From Octopus sinensis (lineage: Eukaryota): DNA of 64,000 nucleotides. Shown in pieces: positions 38,898-52,122 of this stretch. The position numbers were made by a program, and so were the translations under genes. The stretch lies in assembly GCF_006345805.1 (NCBI RefSeq), contig NC_042997.1:18290001-18354000 (forward strand), read 5' to 3'. How positions within the stretch are numbered: position 1 is the first letter of the stretch; each line of letters begins with the position of its first letter. Under the pieces are notes generated by a model. That model was given only the letters and a program-made list of their open reading frames with translations, was not told where the DNA came from and ran no database searches.

Positions 38898-40087
38898 TCT
38901 TTATATATATAAAACTGAGAATCTGTGTGTGTCTGTCTGTCTGTCTGTGTGTTTCCCTAAAACTTGAGAACTACATAACCAATTTCATTCAAATTTTACA
39001 CATGCCTACCTAGGGTCCAGGGAGTGTCATCGGCAAAAAAGATTTTAACTTTTTGCCTAGGGCAAAATCAGCAAAATCATATCTTCTCCACTACGATTCC
39101 CTAAAACTTGAGAACTACACAACCAATTCCATTCAAATTTTACACATGCCTTACTTAGAGTCCATGTAGTTTCATGGGCAAAACAAATGTTCAACTTCTT
39201 GCCTAGAGCGAGCCCATAGCAATATCATATCTTCTCCACTATTTCAGTATTACGTGTTAAAAGTGAAACAAAAACGTTTCTCTATTTTATGTCAGATACT
39301 TTCACTTTAACAATAAAAATAATAATAACAATTGAATTACATGTAGTAAGTAATAATTAAAATCAAACTAAAGTATAATATAATCGTAACATAACAAAAG
39401 TAAAAATAGCAATTGGTATAAAATTGCATCAATGACTTGAACTTGAATAAGTGGTTTCATATGAATGGGAATAAATTAAAAATAAAATTAGCATGCAGAA
39501 ATGGAATAGTCCAGATGGATAATGAAAAATTAAATTAAAGAAAAGACTATTGTCTATAAAGTATACAATGTAGAGAAGAAAAAAAGATTTGAACACATGG
39601 AGGAAAGCACCTTCGAAAAGTGTCTTGGTGCGACTATGAAAGGTATCTAATCAGAGGCGGTAAATTCGCCACAATAGAAGCAAGGTTCGAGTCAACGGAG
39701 CGTGAAAGGGAGTACTCAACTCGAACTTGCAAAGTGGAAATATTTTATTTTTACCTTTATATTTGGGACGTAGGACGTCCCGGAAAAAAATTTCAAATGC
39801 CCCCCCCCCCCAGAAGAAGTAGAGGTAGGCTGGATTGTAGCCACACTTCTATACAAGAGGGAGGACAAGATACAATTGATTGAAATTACAAGAGATGGGC
39901 TAACAATTCCAGTCTGTTATATATTTTGAGTATTGTTATCACTAGCGATATCAAGATATAACTTTGTATTTCGTATGTTATGTGTAGATGTATATATATA
40001 GATGTACATGTAATATGTACACATATATATACACATATATACATGCACTAGCACTATGACCCGGCAACGACGGGTCTTTAATGCTAG
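38898..40087 (+). mobile_element. Helitron-like non-autonomous element
   Basis: A|TC start at 38898; subterminal hairpin gacccg-gcaacga-cgggtc (40058-40076); CTAG|T end at 40084-40087; internal ~145-bp direct repeat (38953, 39098). Confidence 0.75.
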
Positions 40088-40340
40088 TATATATAAAACT
40101 GAGAATGTATGTCTGTCTGTCTGTGTGTTTCCCTAAAACTTGAGAACTACACAACTAATTTCTTTCAAATTTTACACATGCCTTACTTAGGGTCCATGTA
40201 GTGCCATGGGCAAAAAACTTCTAGCTTCTTGCCTAGGACGAGCCTACAGCAATATCATATCTTCTCCACTATTTCAGTATTACGTGTTAAACGTGAAACA
40301 AAAACATCTCTCTATTGTAATGTCAGATATTTTCACTTTA
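40088..40340 (+). mobile_element. Second, tandem 5' part of the same Helitron-like family
   Basis: tatataaaactgagaat..ttccctaaaacttgagaactac.. repeats 38903-39310. Confidence 0.75.
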
Positions 40341-40667
40341 ATACTGAAACTATTAAAGTCAAACTATTATATAAGAGGGATGAACCATTAACAGTGGACA
40401 TCCATTTTGCTAAAAGAAGATCCTCTATGGTCTTGTATGCTACACCACTGGTTTTCAATTCATATCAATCAAATTAATATTCAATTTCTCACCCTTATTA
40501 TTTTAAATTTAAATTTAAACCCAGAACCATGTGTTTTGGAAAGAAGTTTGTTACCACACAGCCACACCTGCACCTATGTATGTGTGTGTGTGTATGTGTG
40601 TATAGCTGTATATGTGTAGATTTATTTCTATACATAAAGATGTATAAGTATACATGTATATGAGTAG

Positions 40668-40710
<43 letters not shown>

Positions 40711-40775
40711 GGAGTAAACACTTAAATGTGAAACAAGGTGGAAAAAAGAGTACTCAAATACCAGTGGTAGAGTAT

Positions 40776-40937
40776 TATACTTTATTTAAAGCAGCAGAAA
40801 ATTCAACAAAACCTGTTACTCTGAGTTTCCCGTTGCCGTTCGTCGGACAGTTTTAGTTAAAACTGTCCGACGAACGGCAATGGGAAACTCAGAGTAACAG
40901 GTTTTGTGGAATTTTCTGCTGCTTTAAATAAAGTATA
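40776..40937. repeat. Fold-back palindrome (80-bp arms, 2-nt centre, 2 mismatches) made of two PLE-type termini with variant HHR
   Basis: Arms 40776-40855 and 40858-40937; each reads ctgt-CCGACGA-acg gcaa (c/t)gg-GAAA-ctcagag-TA-acagg..aataaagtata outward. Confidence 0.9.
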
Positions 40938-41010
40938 TATATATATAGATGTACACTTATATATTCACATATATACATGCATACATATATATACCCATAC
41001 ACACACACAC

Positions 41011-41340
41011 AGGTGCAGGTGTAGCTGTGTGATAACAAACTTCGTTCCAAAACACATGGTCCTCAGTTCAGTCCCACTGTGTGGTGACTTGGCATGTGTC
41101 TTCTGCTATAGCCTCAGACCAACCAAAGCCTTGTCAGTGGATTTTGTAGACAGAAACTGAAAGAAATCAATCGTATATATATGTATGTATATATGTAAGT
41201 CTGTGTGTGTGTCTTTGTGTTTCTCCCAAATCACTGCCTCACAATTGGTGTTCATTTATTTACATCCCCGTAACCTACTGGTTTCACAAGAAGAAACTGA
41301 TAGAATAAGTACCAGGCTTATCAAAATAAAAAAAAGCACT
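41011..41340 (+). mobile_element. SINE family B, diverged; 3' half duplicated in tandem at ~41461-41670
   Basis: Head aggtgcaggtgtagctgtgtg, body and gatagaataagtaccaggctta occurring twice. Confidence 0.75.
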
Positions 41341-41380
41341 AGGCAGTATCTCGTATTTTTGTTTGCCAGCACAATTTATC

Positions 41381-41455
<75 letters not shown>

Positions 41456-41769
41456 TTTGCAGACAGAAACTTAAATAAATCAATCGTATATATATGTGTG
41501 TATATATTTAAGTGTATGTGTGTGACTTTGTTTCTGTGTTTCACCCTCATCACTGCTTCACAACTGCTCTTCGTTTATTTACATCCCCATAAGTTACTGG
41601 TTTCAAAAAGAAGAAACTAATAGAATAAGTACCAGGCTTATCAACATAAAAAAACCCACTACGCTGTGTCTCATATTTTTGTTTGCCCACTCAGTTGTAT
41701 CTATCAATTTATCTTTGTGTGTATGTGTATATATATATATATAATACACACACACACACGCACGTACGC

Positions 41770-41807
<38 letters not shown>

Positions 41808-41834
41808 GCATGTATGTATATGTGTACATTCATA

Positions 41835-43488
41835 TTTATTATATCAAAGACAATGTCTTTATGTGTTCGTGTATTACTTATGCATTCGAAAATTGCTGCA
41901 CCGATCATAATGAAATTTGGAACACAAAATCCAAGCCTAGAGAGAAGGGTAATGCTGTGTGTTTCATACGTCATGGACCAAAATTACTGAATGGATCCTT
42001 ATGATATTTGAAACTTAGATTCAATGCATAAGGGTGGGTATAATGCAATATGTTTGGTTTGAATTTCAGATGGCTTAAAGGGGGCAGAACCCCCAAGGAA
42101 ATTCATAAATTTTCGATGTTGATGAAATTTCAACCATGGTTTATTGACACACATCAAGAAGTATTCTCAAAGTTTCCACTTCACATGAGGATTCTAAGAC
42201 ACCCAGATGGGGGCCTTAACTCCCAAATTTTAGTCATTTCTTTTATGATCCAAAACTAAGTCAAAAGTACTGAATGGATCTTTACAAAATTTGGAAATTA
42301 TATTCTATGCATAAGGGCCACAACCCCCATGACAATGCATATATTTTTGCTGTTGATGAAATTTTAACCATAGATATTAGATACAAATGAAGTAATATTT
42401 ATAAAATTTCATCTTCTTACAAGTTATAAAGAGCCCACCATGGGGACTTAACACCCATAATTTGTCATTTTATCTAAGCAAAGACGAACAGTTGTACTCT
42501 TGGAAGCTGTGGGGTCATCCGAGCATAGAAGATGTGCATTATTTGTAATTCAATGGAACAACAGTGTAACAGTTTGCTTTGACATACACTTAGATTGTGA
42601 TTTCTGCAATGTGCTGCATAAATTGTCAAGTAAATGAGAGGCATCTTTGCCTCCACTGATTCAGTTGCAAAGTGTTGAGAAAAGTTATTTGATTGCAGAT
42701 CTACTTTCAGTCTTTTTATTATCACTGGATCACACATAGTTGCCAGATGGTAACATTGATTTCAAGGCCTTCCCAGATGAGTGACTGGTTATTCAAAGAA
42801 ATTTATAGATTGTAAATTTATTCTGTCCAGTTACATATTAGTATAGTAGTCATTTGCAAACTGCAACTTTCATTTCTCCTTAGCCCTCACGTCACACAGT
42901 TGTTAATGTTTATTTCAGTTGGGTCACGCCCTTCCAATTGCTATAGATTCGTAATGCATCTTACTGCTGTGCCTGTCACCTGGATGATGATGAATACTAC
43001 ATTGGGAGTGGTAACGTCTAGGGTACTGTAGCTGACTGCTTATTGTGATCATTCGTCTTTTGGTTTTCTGTAGCTTTGGTCTCTTTTACAAACCCAGTGA
43101 ACATATATTTCCTATTTCAAAGAAATTCAAAGTAAAAAAGATTCTCAACAATTCAACTTCTGTGGTTGATATTAAGATGCCCACCCCCAACAGGGACCTT
43201 AACTCTCACATTTTCGAGCACTATGACCTTCATTTTTCAGGAGCAAAATCTTTTTAACAGGTTCAATAAAACTGGAATTTTGGAATAGGCGCATAAAAAT
43301 CAGTAATATGGCATATATGTGGCACGACTACAATTTTTGGGGGTCTGTAAAGAGGGAAATAACCCTCATCTGCAATTTTGATGAAATTCGAAATTTGATG
43401 ATATTCCAGTTCATTGCAGAAAATATAACAGAAAAGTCTAATTCTTCAATTGTATGTAACACGGGCAACACCAGGTATCTCTGCTAGT
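41835..43488 (+). mobile_element. Old Helitron-like non-autonomous element (tentative extent)
   Basis: 5' ..ccgatcataatgaaatttggaacac.. motif, internal repeats at 41971 and 42261, degenerate 3' end acacgggcaacaccaggtatctctgCTAGt. Confidence 0.45.
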
Positions 43489-43547
43489 GATATATATATA
43501 TGTGAGGGATCTAGTATGCATATGTAATCATTTATATATATATATAT

Positions 43548-43581
<34 letters not shown>

Positions 43582-43605
43582 ATATATATATATGTGTGTA
43601 TATAT

Positions 43606-44015
43606 ACTCTTTTACTCTTTTACTTGTTTCAGTCATTTGACTGTGGCCATGCTGGAGCACTGCCTTTTGTTGAGGAAATCGACCCAAGGGCTTATTCTTT
43701 GTAATCTTAGTACTTATTCTATTGGTCTTTTTTGCAGAACCGTTAAGTTATGGGGACGTAAACACACCAGCATCGGTTGTCAATTGATGTTGGGGCGACA
43801 AATACAGACACACAAGCACCCCCCCCACACATATATACATATACATATATAGGATGGGCTTCTATCAGTTTCCGTCTACCAAATCCACTCACAAGGCTTT
43901 GGTTGGCCCGAGGCTATAGTAGAAGACACTTGCCCAAGGTGCCACACAGTGGGACTGAACCTGGAACTATGTGGCTGGTAAGCAAGCTACTTACTACACA
44001 GCCACTCCTGTGCCT
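43606..44015 (-). mobile_element. SINE family B, full length
   Basis: Reverse complement of 11936-12345. Confidence 0.92.
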
Positions 44016-44229
44016 TTAACGAAAATAGTAATAAATAATTTGGACAAATAGATATAAGTAGACTAGTGTGTTTAAATGTTGAGTTGAGCTTCAGCACAGT
44101 TTAGGCTATCTGTTGTCATCTACAGTCCTGGTACACTTCTGTTGGATCTACTTCAGGAACTTCTCAGTGGTAGTTAGGGAAATAATATTAATTAATGGGT
44201 GATGAATTTGGTATTAAATCTTTATTGGG

Positions 44230-44272
44230 TTGAAACATGTTTCGACCCATCAGTCTGGGTCTCATCAGGTAC
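44230..44272 (-). ncRNA. Hammerhead motif (left arm): core intact, stem I disrupted
   Basis: gtac-CTGATGA-gaccca gactga tgggtc-GAAA-CATG-TT-tcaa. Confidence 0.5.
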
Positions 44273-44401
44273 GTCAATATAGATGTGTCTCATTACAGAT
44301 TTTTAATGTCAGCTAACTTGTTATATGTCCCTAACTTGATGGACTTACAACAACAAGTCAGCGGACATTAGCAATCTGTAGTGAGACACATCATTATTGA
44401 T

Positions 44402-44444
44402 GTACCTGATGAGACACAGACTGATGGGTCGAAACATGTTGTAT
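44402..44444 (+). ncRNA. Minimal type-I hammerhead ribozyme motif (right arm)
   Basis: gtac-CTGATGA-gacaca gactga tgggtc-GAAA-CATG-TT-gtat, then AATAAA at 44447; palindromic stem III ACATGT. Confidence 0.7.
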
Positions 44445-44496
44445 CCAATAAAGATTTAAAACCAAATTCATCCCCCATTAATTAATATTATATATA

Positions 44497-44541
<45 letters not shown>

Positions 44542-44611
44542 CACACATATACATACATATATATGTATGTATTTATGTATGTATATATATATATATATCT
44601 ATATATATATA

Positions 44612-44644
<33 letters not shown>

Positions 44645-44650
<6 letters not shown>

Positions 44651-44818
44651 AAAATTATAAGTATATGAAAGAATGGAGTTGAACGACTAGTTAACAAATA
44701 TCCTTTATTCTCGACATATGTTTCGAAGGCTGCATATATGAACATATGTCGAGAATAAAGGATATTTGTTAACTAGTCGTTCAACTCCATTCTTTCATAT
44801 ACTTATAATTTTAAAATA
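44645..44818. repeat. Perfect fold-back palindrome (78-bp arms, 18-nt spacer) of a PLE-type terminus carrying only the 3' half of an HHR
   Basis: Arms 44645-44722 and 44741-44818 are exact reverse complements; (GA)AACATATGTC-gag-AATAAA reads outward. Confidence 0.9.
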
Positions 44819-45311
44819 AACATACAAATTTCCCTACGAAGACACGTAGTCTATGCCCTAGGGACGTAGCTTCAACCGTGTTCTTTCTGATGTGAATTTG
44901 CTACCCAGGTATCGGTTATCTTTCGAATTATATATATATATATTATATATATATACACACATATACATGCATATATATGTATGTATTGATGTATGTATAT
45001 ACAGATATATATATATATACATGCATAATATATATACTTATATATATACATATGTACGAACACATGCACACACACACATACAAACACACACTTATATACA
45101 TAATCCAAAAGTTGTGCCAAGAGGTTTGAAACAAAGTAGACACTAGATGAGTTTCATACTCCACTCCTAAGCTCAATGTGGTTTGACAACAACTCTCATA
45201 ACACCAGATAAGTTATTGTGTGGAGTCTGCGTACCGTACAGATAAGGAGCACAGAAAGCATTTTACACATGCATGCACACACACACACATGTATATTGGG
45301 AGAAAGAGATA

Positions 45312-45312
45312 T

Positions 45313-45406
<94 letters not shown>

Positions 45407-45414
45407 GGAGAGAT

Positions 45415-45448
<34 letters not shown>

Positions 45449-45450
45449 TG
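45312..45450. repeat. (TAGA)n/(GA)n microsatellite
   Basis: Direct reading. Confidence 0.95.
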
Positions 45451-45841
45451 TGTGAGTTAGCCATTAATTTTATTTTAATACTTGTTTTGAAATAAATTTG
45501 AATTTTATTTGTTTTTTGTTATTTTTTTGCACTGTTATTGTTGATTTTATTTTGATAAATGGTAAAGTATTTTAAACATCTTTTCATGAAATATTTGGTA
45601 GAATGACCTCTCAGGAACCTTTTGACAGCTATGCTTTCTTTCTTTTTTTCTCTCCGTTTATACATATATTGATTTCTTAACATGAAATATCAGCATCTAG
45701 CTAATTTCCTTCTTTGCTAGGTTTTGTTTTATGTTGCAATTTGCTGTTGTCAAGGAGTTTGAATTGAACTGTTATGGTTCGCTGCTGACATATGATGCAC
45801 ACCAGTGACACCTGAAACAAAGGGTTTGAATCTTCTGATAA

Positions 45842-46605
<764 letters not shown>

Positions 46606-48315
46606 TAAGAAGGAAGAAAGAGAGGCAAATAGATTAACAGGTGAAGATATAGATGGATGTAGAATGAATAAGAGATAGAACGATGGGAGGATATAGAACA
46701 AAACATAAATATTGTGAGTGAGAAGTGTCAGAGAAAGAGAAGGGGGAATAAAAAGAGATGGAGGGACAGATTGTTATAGAAATGAAAAAAAAAAACAACT
46801 TATGATAAATACAAATTGAACTGTTAGTGTTTATGAAATAATACAAAACCATAATATGACAGTATGTGGGTGGAGGCAAGAAAATCATTGAAATTTGATG
46901 AAAGCTATCCATTTAAATATATGTATGAATAAGTGTGTAAGTTTGTGTATGGGTATGGAAAGAGATATTTTAAATGCATTTATACCAAAATAAATAGAAT
47001 GACACTCAAATGAATATGTACGTTTTGTGTATGTGTATATGTGTACGTGTAGATTTGTGTGTGTATATGTGTATGTGTAATATGTATATATGTATGAGTA
47101 TATGTATGTAGGTTTGTGCTTTATGAGTATCCATATCTCCTAACTCCTATATACACACATACTTACATATGCATACATGTGTAAATATCTAATTAGAAAT
47201 GTATGTAGATGTGGATGTAGCGAAATACTCCAAAATGATGGATTGAGAGTTCATATTCTTTTCGAAAAGTCGTTAAGTAGATAACGATGCAGAATAATTA
47301 TATGTTTAATTTTAATGTGAAACCTTCTGAAACTGATTGAGCATAAGTGTTGGGATATAGAGTATTGTGTTAAATTGGGAGACATAAATAGGGAGAGATA
47401 TAATTGGCAAAGTTGCAACAAGATTTGAAGTTAATACTGACTGTGGTTGGCTTTGTACAAGCACTGAGTAAGTTCCTGTAGAATACAGTTCTAGACCAAT
47501 GGGAGAATGTATTGTTCTGTTTTCTAAATGCCAGGTCTGGAGTAAAGGGCCATAGCTATGGCCATCAGTGACCTGTGAGAGTGATACCATTAATTTTCTG
47601 CTTAAAGTGATGGTAGTAGACACTTGCAAGTAGAACATGAGCAAAGAGGACCGACATTCTGATGGTGAAAGTACTGGATGTATTGATTAATACAGAGTCT
47701 GGTGATGTTGATTACAACATAAGAGAAAAATGAGTGCAGACTACCTACGTGAAAATACCACGAGCTCAGCAAGCTCTGAAGAGCAGCAGCCATCTTGAAG
47801 GTTGATGGATGTGAAATACAATGTACATATAATGGTCTGAGGAGAGAAAGTTTAAATGAATGTGATGAGGTAGAGTTTGTATACAATGAGTAACTCCAGA
47901 AAAGCATTGGGCATTTTTGTAACGATAGTAAAAAACTTTAGTAGTAAACAAGTTTAAGGTAAATACTAAACACAAGAGCTTTAGACCAAATTTTATTATT
48001 GGTCTTGTTTTATGTGAGTCTTGTTTTATGATGATTGTACAGAAGGCCACATCATGAAGATAATGTGCAACCAACTGACTAAATGAGGACTTATATCTAT
48101 TCACAATGCACTGCCTTCTCTATGTTACTGAGACAACTCTCAGCTGCTGAATTTACTTAGCTCTAAACATGAGACATAAACCAGCATTCTTGGTAATATT
48201 AATATTCTATTCTTTAATAATCTATTCTTCCATTCTTTAATAATTTATTGTTCGATAAGTGTTACACACAAAACTCTTGGCCCTTGAGTCACTCTAAATA
48301 GTAATAAAAATATAA

Positions 48316-48550
48316 GGCCGCAAGCTGGCATAATCATTAGCATGCAGGGCAAAATGCTTAGCGGTATTTCGTCTGCCACTACGTTCTGAGTTCAAATTCC
48401 GCTGAGGTCGACTTTGCCTTTCATCCTCTTGGGGGTTGATTAAATAAGTATCAGTTACGCACTGGGTGCGATATAATCAACTTAATCCCTTTGTCTTTCC
48501 TTGTTTGTCCCCTCTATGTTTAGCCCCTTGTGGGCAATAAAAAAAGAAAA
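48316..48550 (+). mobile_element. SINE family A (tail type 1)
   Basis: Full match to other copies. Confidence 0.9.
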
Positions 48551-49532
48551 ATATAATTTATTCTTTCTTTGTGTGTCAAGTTAGATTTCTCCTGTATAGG
48601 AATCTGCTTCTGATCTGCCAGAATCCTATCCATAAGAGCTGGTTTTATGATTTTTTGTGGGTTGGAAACAGATTAGGTTTTAATATTGATTCACATATCT
48701 TCATGCTATTCATTGCTCTTTGTGTTGCAATCAACATATGTGATAAGTAGTTTGCATTAATCTTGCTTCTCTGTTAATCTGTGAACACTTAAAAGAACAT
48801 ATATGAAACACTTGCTTCAATGATTTAGAAACAAATATACTTAAATAGGAACACATCTTAATTTCCTAACAGTCAATTTTGCTCTAAATTCATTTAAAGG
48901 ACTTTAAGTCTGGTGAAGAAATAATCAGTAAAATTATGCTTTCTTGCAGTTATATTCTAAGGTAACATAATTTATTCATATGGCATCACGTTTGTTGGAT
49001 TAATAATCATTTTTTTCTGTTTTAGCATTTCGATGCATATATGTGCAACAATCATGTCCAACTCATAATATGTTTCACTAAAAATTTATGGTTGACAAAT
49101 AAATATTTAGAGGAGAGTTGTTAGCCGTATAAAATTTACTAAAAAAAAAAAAACAAAAAAAACAACAACAACAACAACAAAAAAGCAGCTGTAATTTTCA
49201 AAACGCATACTTTGAAAACAAGATATAATTTTCAAGACATAATTAAGTACCAATAGAGGCCAATATCTGCAGTCATATCTTTTACTAATCTATATGAATA
49301 TAGCTGTCTTCATTTTGTGGAACTCTTGAGGCAAAGCTACAGCTTTGTTACAAAATTTCATTTCCTTTGAGTTTATGCACACACACACTCACACACACAC
49401 ACATACACACACACACAAAACACACACACACACTACATACATATATCCACCTGTTCATCCACCAATCCATCCATCCATCCATCTGTCCAACTATGCATCC
49501 ATCCATGCATGTATGTATATATACATATACAG

Positions 49533-49710
49533 CATCATCATCATCATCATCATCATCATCATTTAACGTCCGTTTCCATGCTAGCATGGGTTGGACGGTT
49601 TGACCGGGGTCTGGGAAACCAGGAGGCTGCACCGGGCTCCAGTCTGATCTGGCAGTGTTTCTACAGCTGGATGCCCTTCCTAACGCCAACCACTCTGTGA
49701 GTGGTTGGCA
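49533..49710 (-). mobile_element. RTE 3'-end fragment with (GAT)n tail
   Basis: (cat)n ttaacgtccgtttccatgctagcatgggttgg..ggatgcccttcctaacgccaaccac. Confidence 0.88.
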
Positions 49711-50177
49711 TACACACACACACACACATATATATATGTAGAGATATATATATATATATATGTTAGTATGTATGTATTTATATACATATTTATCTATGTT
49801 AGTGTTTATAAGTTTTATGCACAAAGGAAGAAACTATCAGTTTCAAGATTCGCTCAGTGAATAAAAGACTGAATAACTCTCATTAGTTCTGTCAAATTCC
49901 TGGGTGACACTACTACCTTTAATGATATTTATTTAACAATACCAGAATGTTTACTTTAAATATTCTAAATTGAAATTTATTGCATAGTAATATTTCTCAC
50001 AATAATATAATGTAGATAGTGAGAAGTTTTCTTGCCAATTTTGGTTCATTTTTCAATAAAATATTGTTGTCCAATATTGTTTCTTAGAACAATATAGTTG
50101 AAGTGGGCAGAAGTTCCACTGACCCTTGTTGTTTATTAATTTTTATTGCTTTTAATTTATGAACTTACACAGTATGT

Positions 50178-50560
<383 letters not shown>

Positions 50561-50990
50561 CTCATGTGCACAAACACACACAGAAACCTGTTCATATATG
50601 TGTATGTGATACTTTGCAAGGTTTTTTTTTGTTTTTGTATTTGAGTTAATTTATTTTGGGGAAACATAATTTGAAACATAAGTTGAAGATGAATTAGAAG
50701 AGACTGACATTGGCAACTATGGAAAATTGATATACTTACATTTATTTCCCTATATTTCTATCAAATATAACTGAGTGCACATTATTATCACTGTCAGTTT
50801 TATAATGATGGCGATGTTGATGGTGATCATATTCATAAGAAATATTATTATTAATATTTGTTTTTAATAATCATTATTATATACTCTTGTTATTGTTTTT
50901 CAATCAACATTGTTTATATTGTCCTCTTTATCCTCCTTTCCTTCCGTTTTTCCCTTCCTTTTTCCTCATTATCATCACAACCAACGTTAT

Positions 50991-51100
50991 TTCTTCCTCT
51001 TCATCACCCCCATAATCATTATAGCTGTCATCATCATCAACATCATCATCATCATCATTATCATCATCATCATCATCAACATCATCATCATCATCATCAA

Positions 51101-51132
<32 letters not shown>

Positions 51133-51133
51133 A

Positions 51134-51184
<51 letters not shown>

Positions 51185-51185
51185 G
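50991..51185. repeat. (CAT)n microsatellite
   Basis: Direct reading; source of the poly-His/Ile/Asp ORFs. Confidence 0.95.
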
Positions 51186-51669
51186 ACTGTCGTCGTAGTC
51201 AATCAATCATTTATATAATACAATCATTCAAAATGAAAATAACTGGTGTTATGTGCCAAAAAAAAAAAAAAAAAAAATTCTGAAGAAAGATGAAGGTTTT
51301 TTTTTTTTATAACTTGCATTTAGAGATAAAATATATTAAATAATAATAGAAAAAAAAAAAGCAGAAAAGTTTTCACTATATGTTTCAGTTTTTCAGTAAA
51401 GTCTGTGGACAATATTATTTTATTTTAATATTTTTTTTTATTATTTCAATGAAAATACATAGAACTCTGAAGTATGTCATATGTTTTATACGTAAAAAAA
51501 GTCTAATATATTGCTTACACTTGATAATATTAAAATTACTGAGAAATTTCTTGTCAATTTTAGTATATATTTCAATGATATAGTGTTCGGTAGCATTTTC
51601 ATTATAATTATGTATGTAAATTGGTCAGAAACGTTTCTCTAACAATAATGAAATCTACATTAAGTTGTG

Positions 51670-52074
51670 ATATCAACATGGGTATAGGATTAAACAAATG
51701 TGCCAAAAACTACTTAAAGAAGAGGAATGGTAAAATTGAATGCATCATCAATATAAACGTAGATACACTGAAATCAGAGACTTAGAATAGAACCACTTAC
51801 TGATAATTAGAGACAGATAAAACTGATGTAAAATACAGAAATGAATGAGGACATTAGGAAGAAATATTGCAGAAAAGTTAAACTGATTTTAAAATACCAA
51901 GCTGATGGCCAGAAATAAGATTATATGCATAACAATACTACCTTTCACCGTTATCAAAATACAGCTTCAATATATGAAGGTGAAAGTTAACTGAAGAGAC
52001 TCAATAGGAAATCAAGAAGACTACATTCACTGCATTCCAAAGCCATGATGATGATGAGTATGATGATGATGAGT

Positions 52075-52122
<48 letters not shown>

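Larger units (their letters stand above)
44182..44491. repeat. Fold-back palindrome (~140-bp arms, 29-nt spacer, ~89% arm identity) with an HHR motif in each arm
   Basis: Arms 44182-44322 and 44352-44491, checked by hand reverse complement. Confidence 0.9.

Noticed and set aside
47300-48120. Purine-rich stretch that may be a very old retroelement ORF
   Set aside because: No diagnostic motif could be read with confidence.
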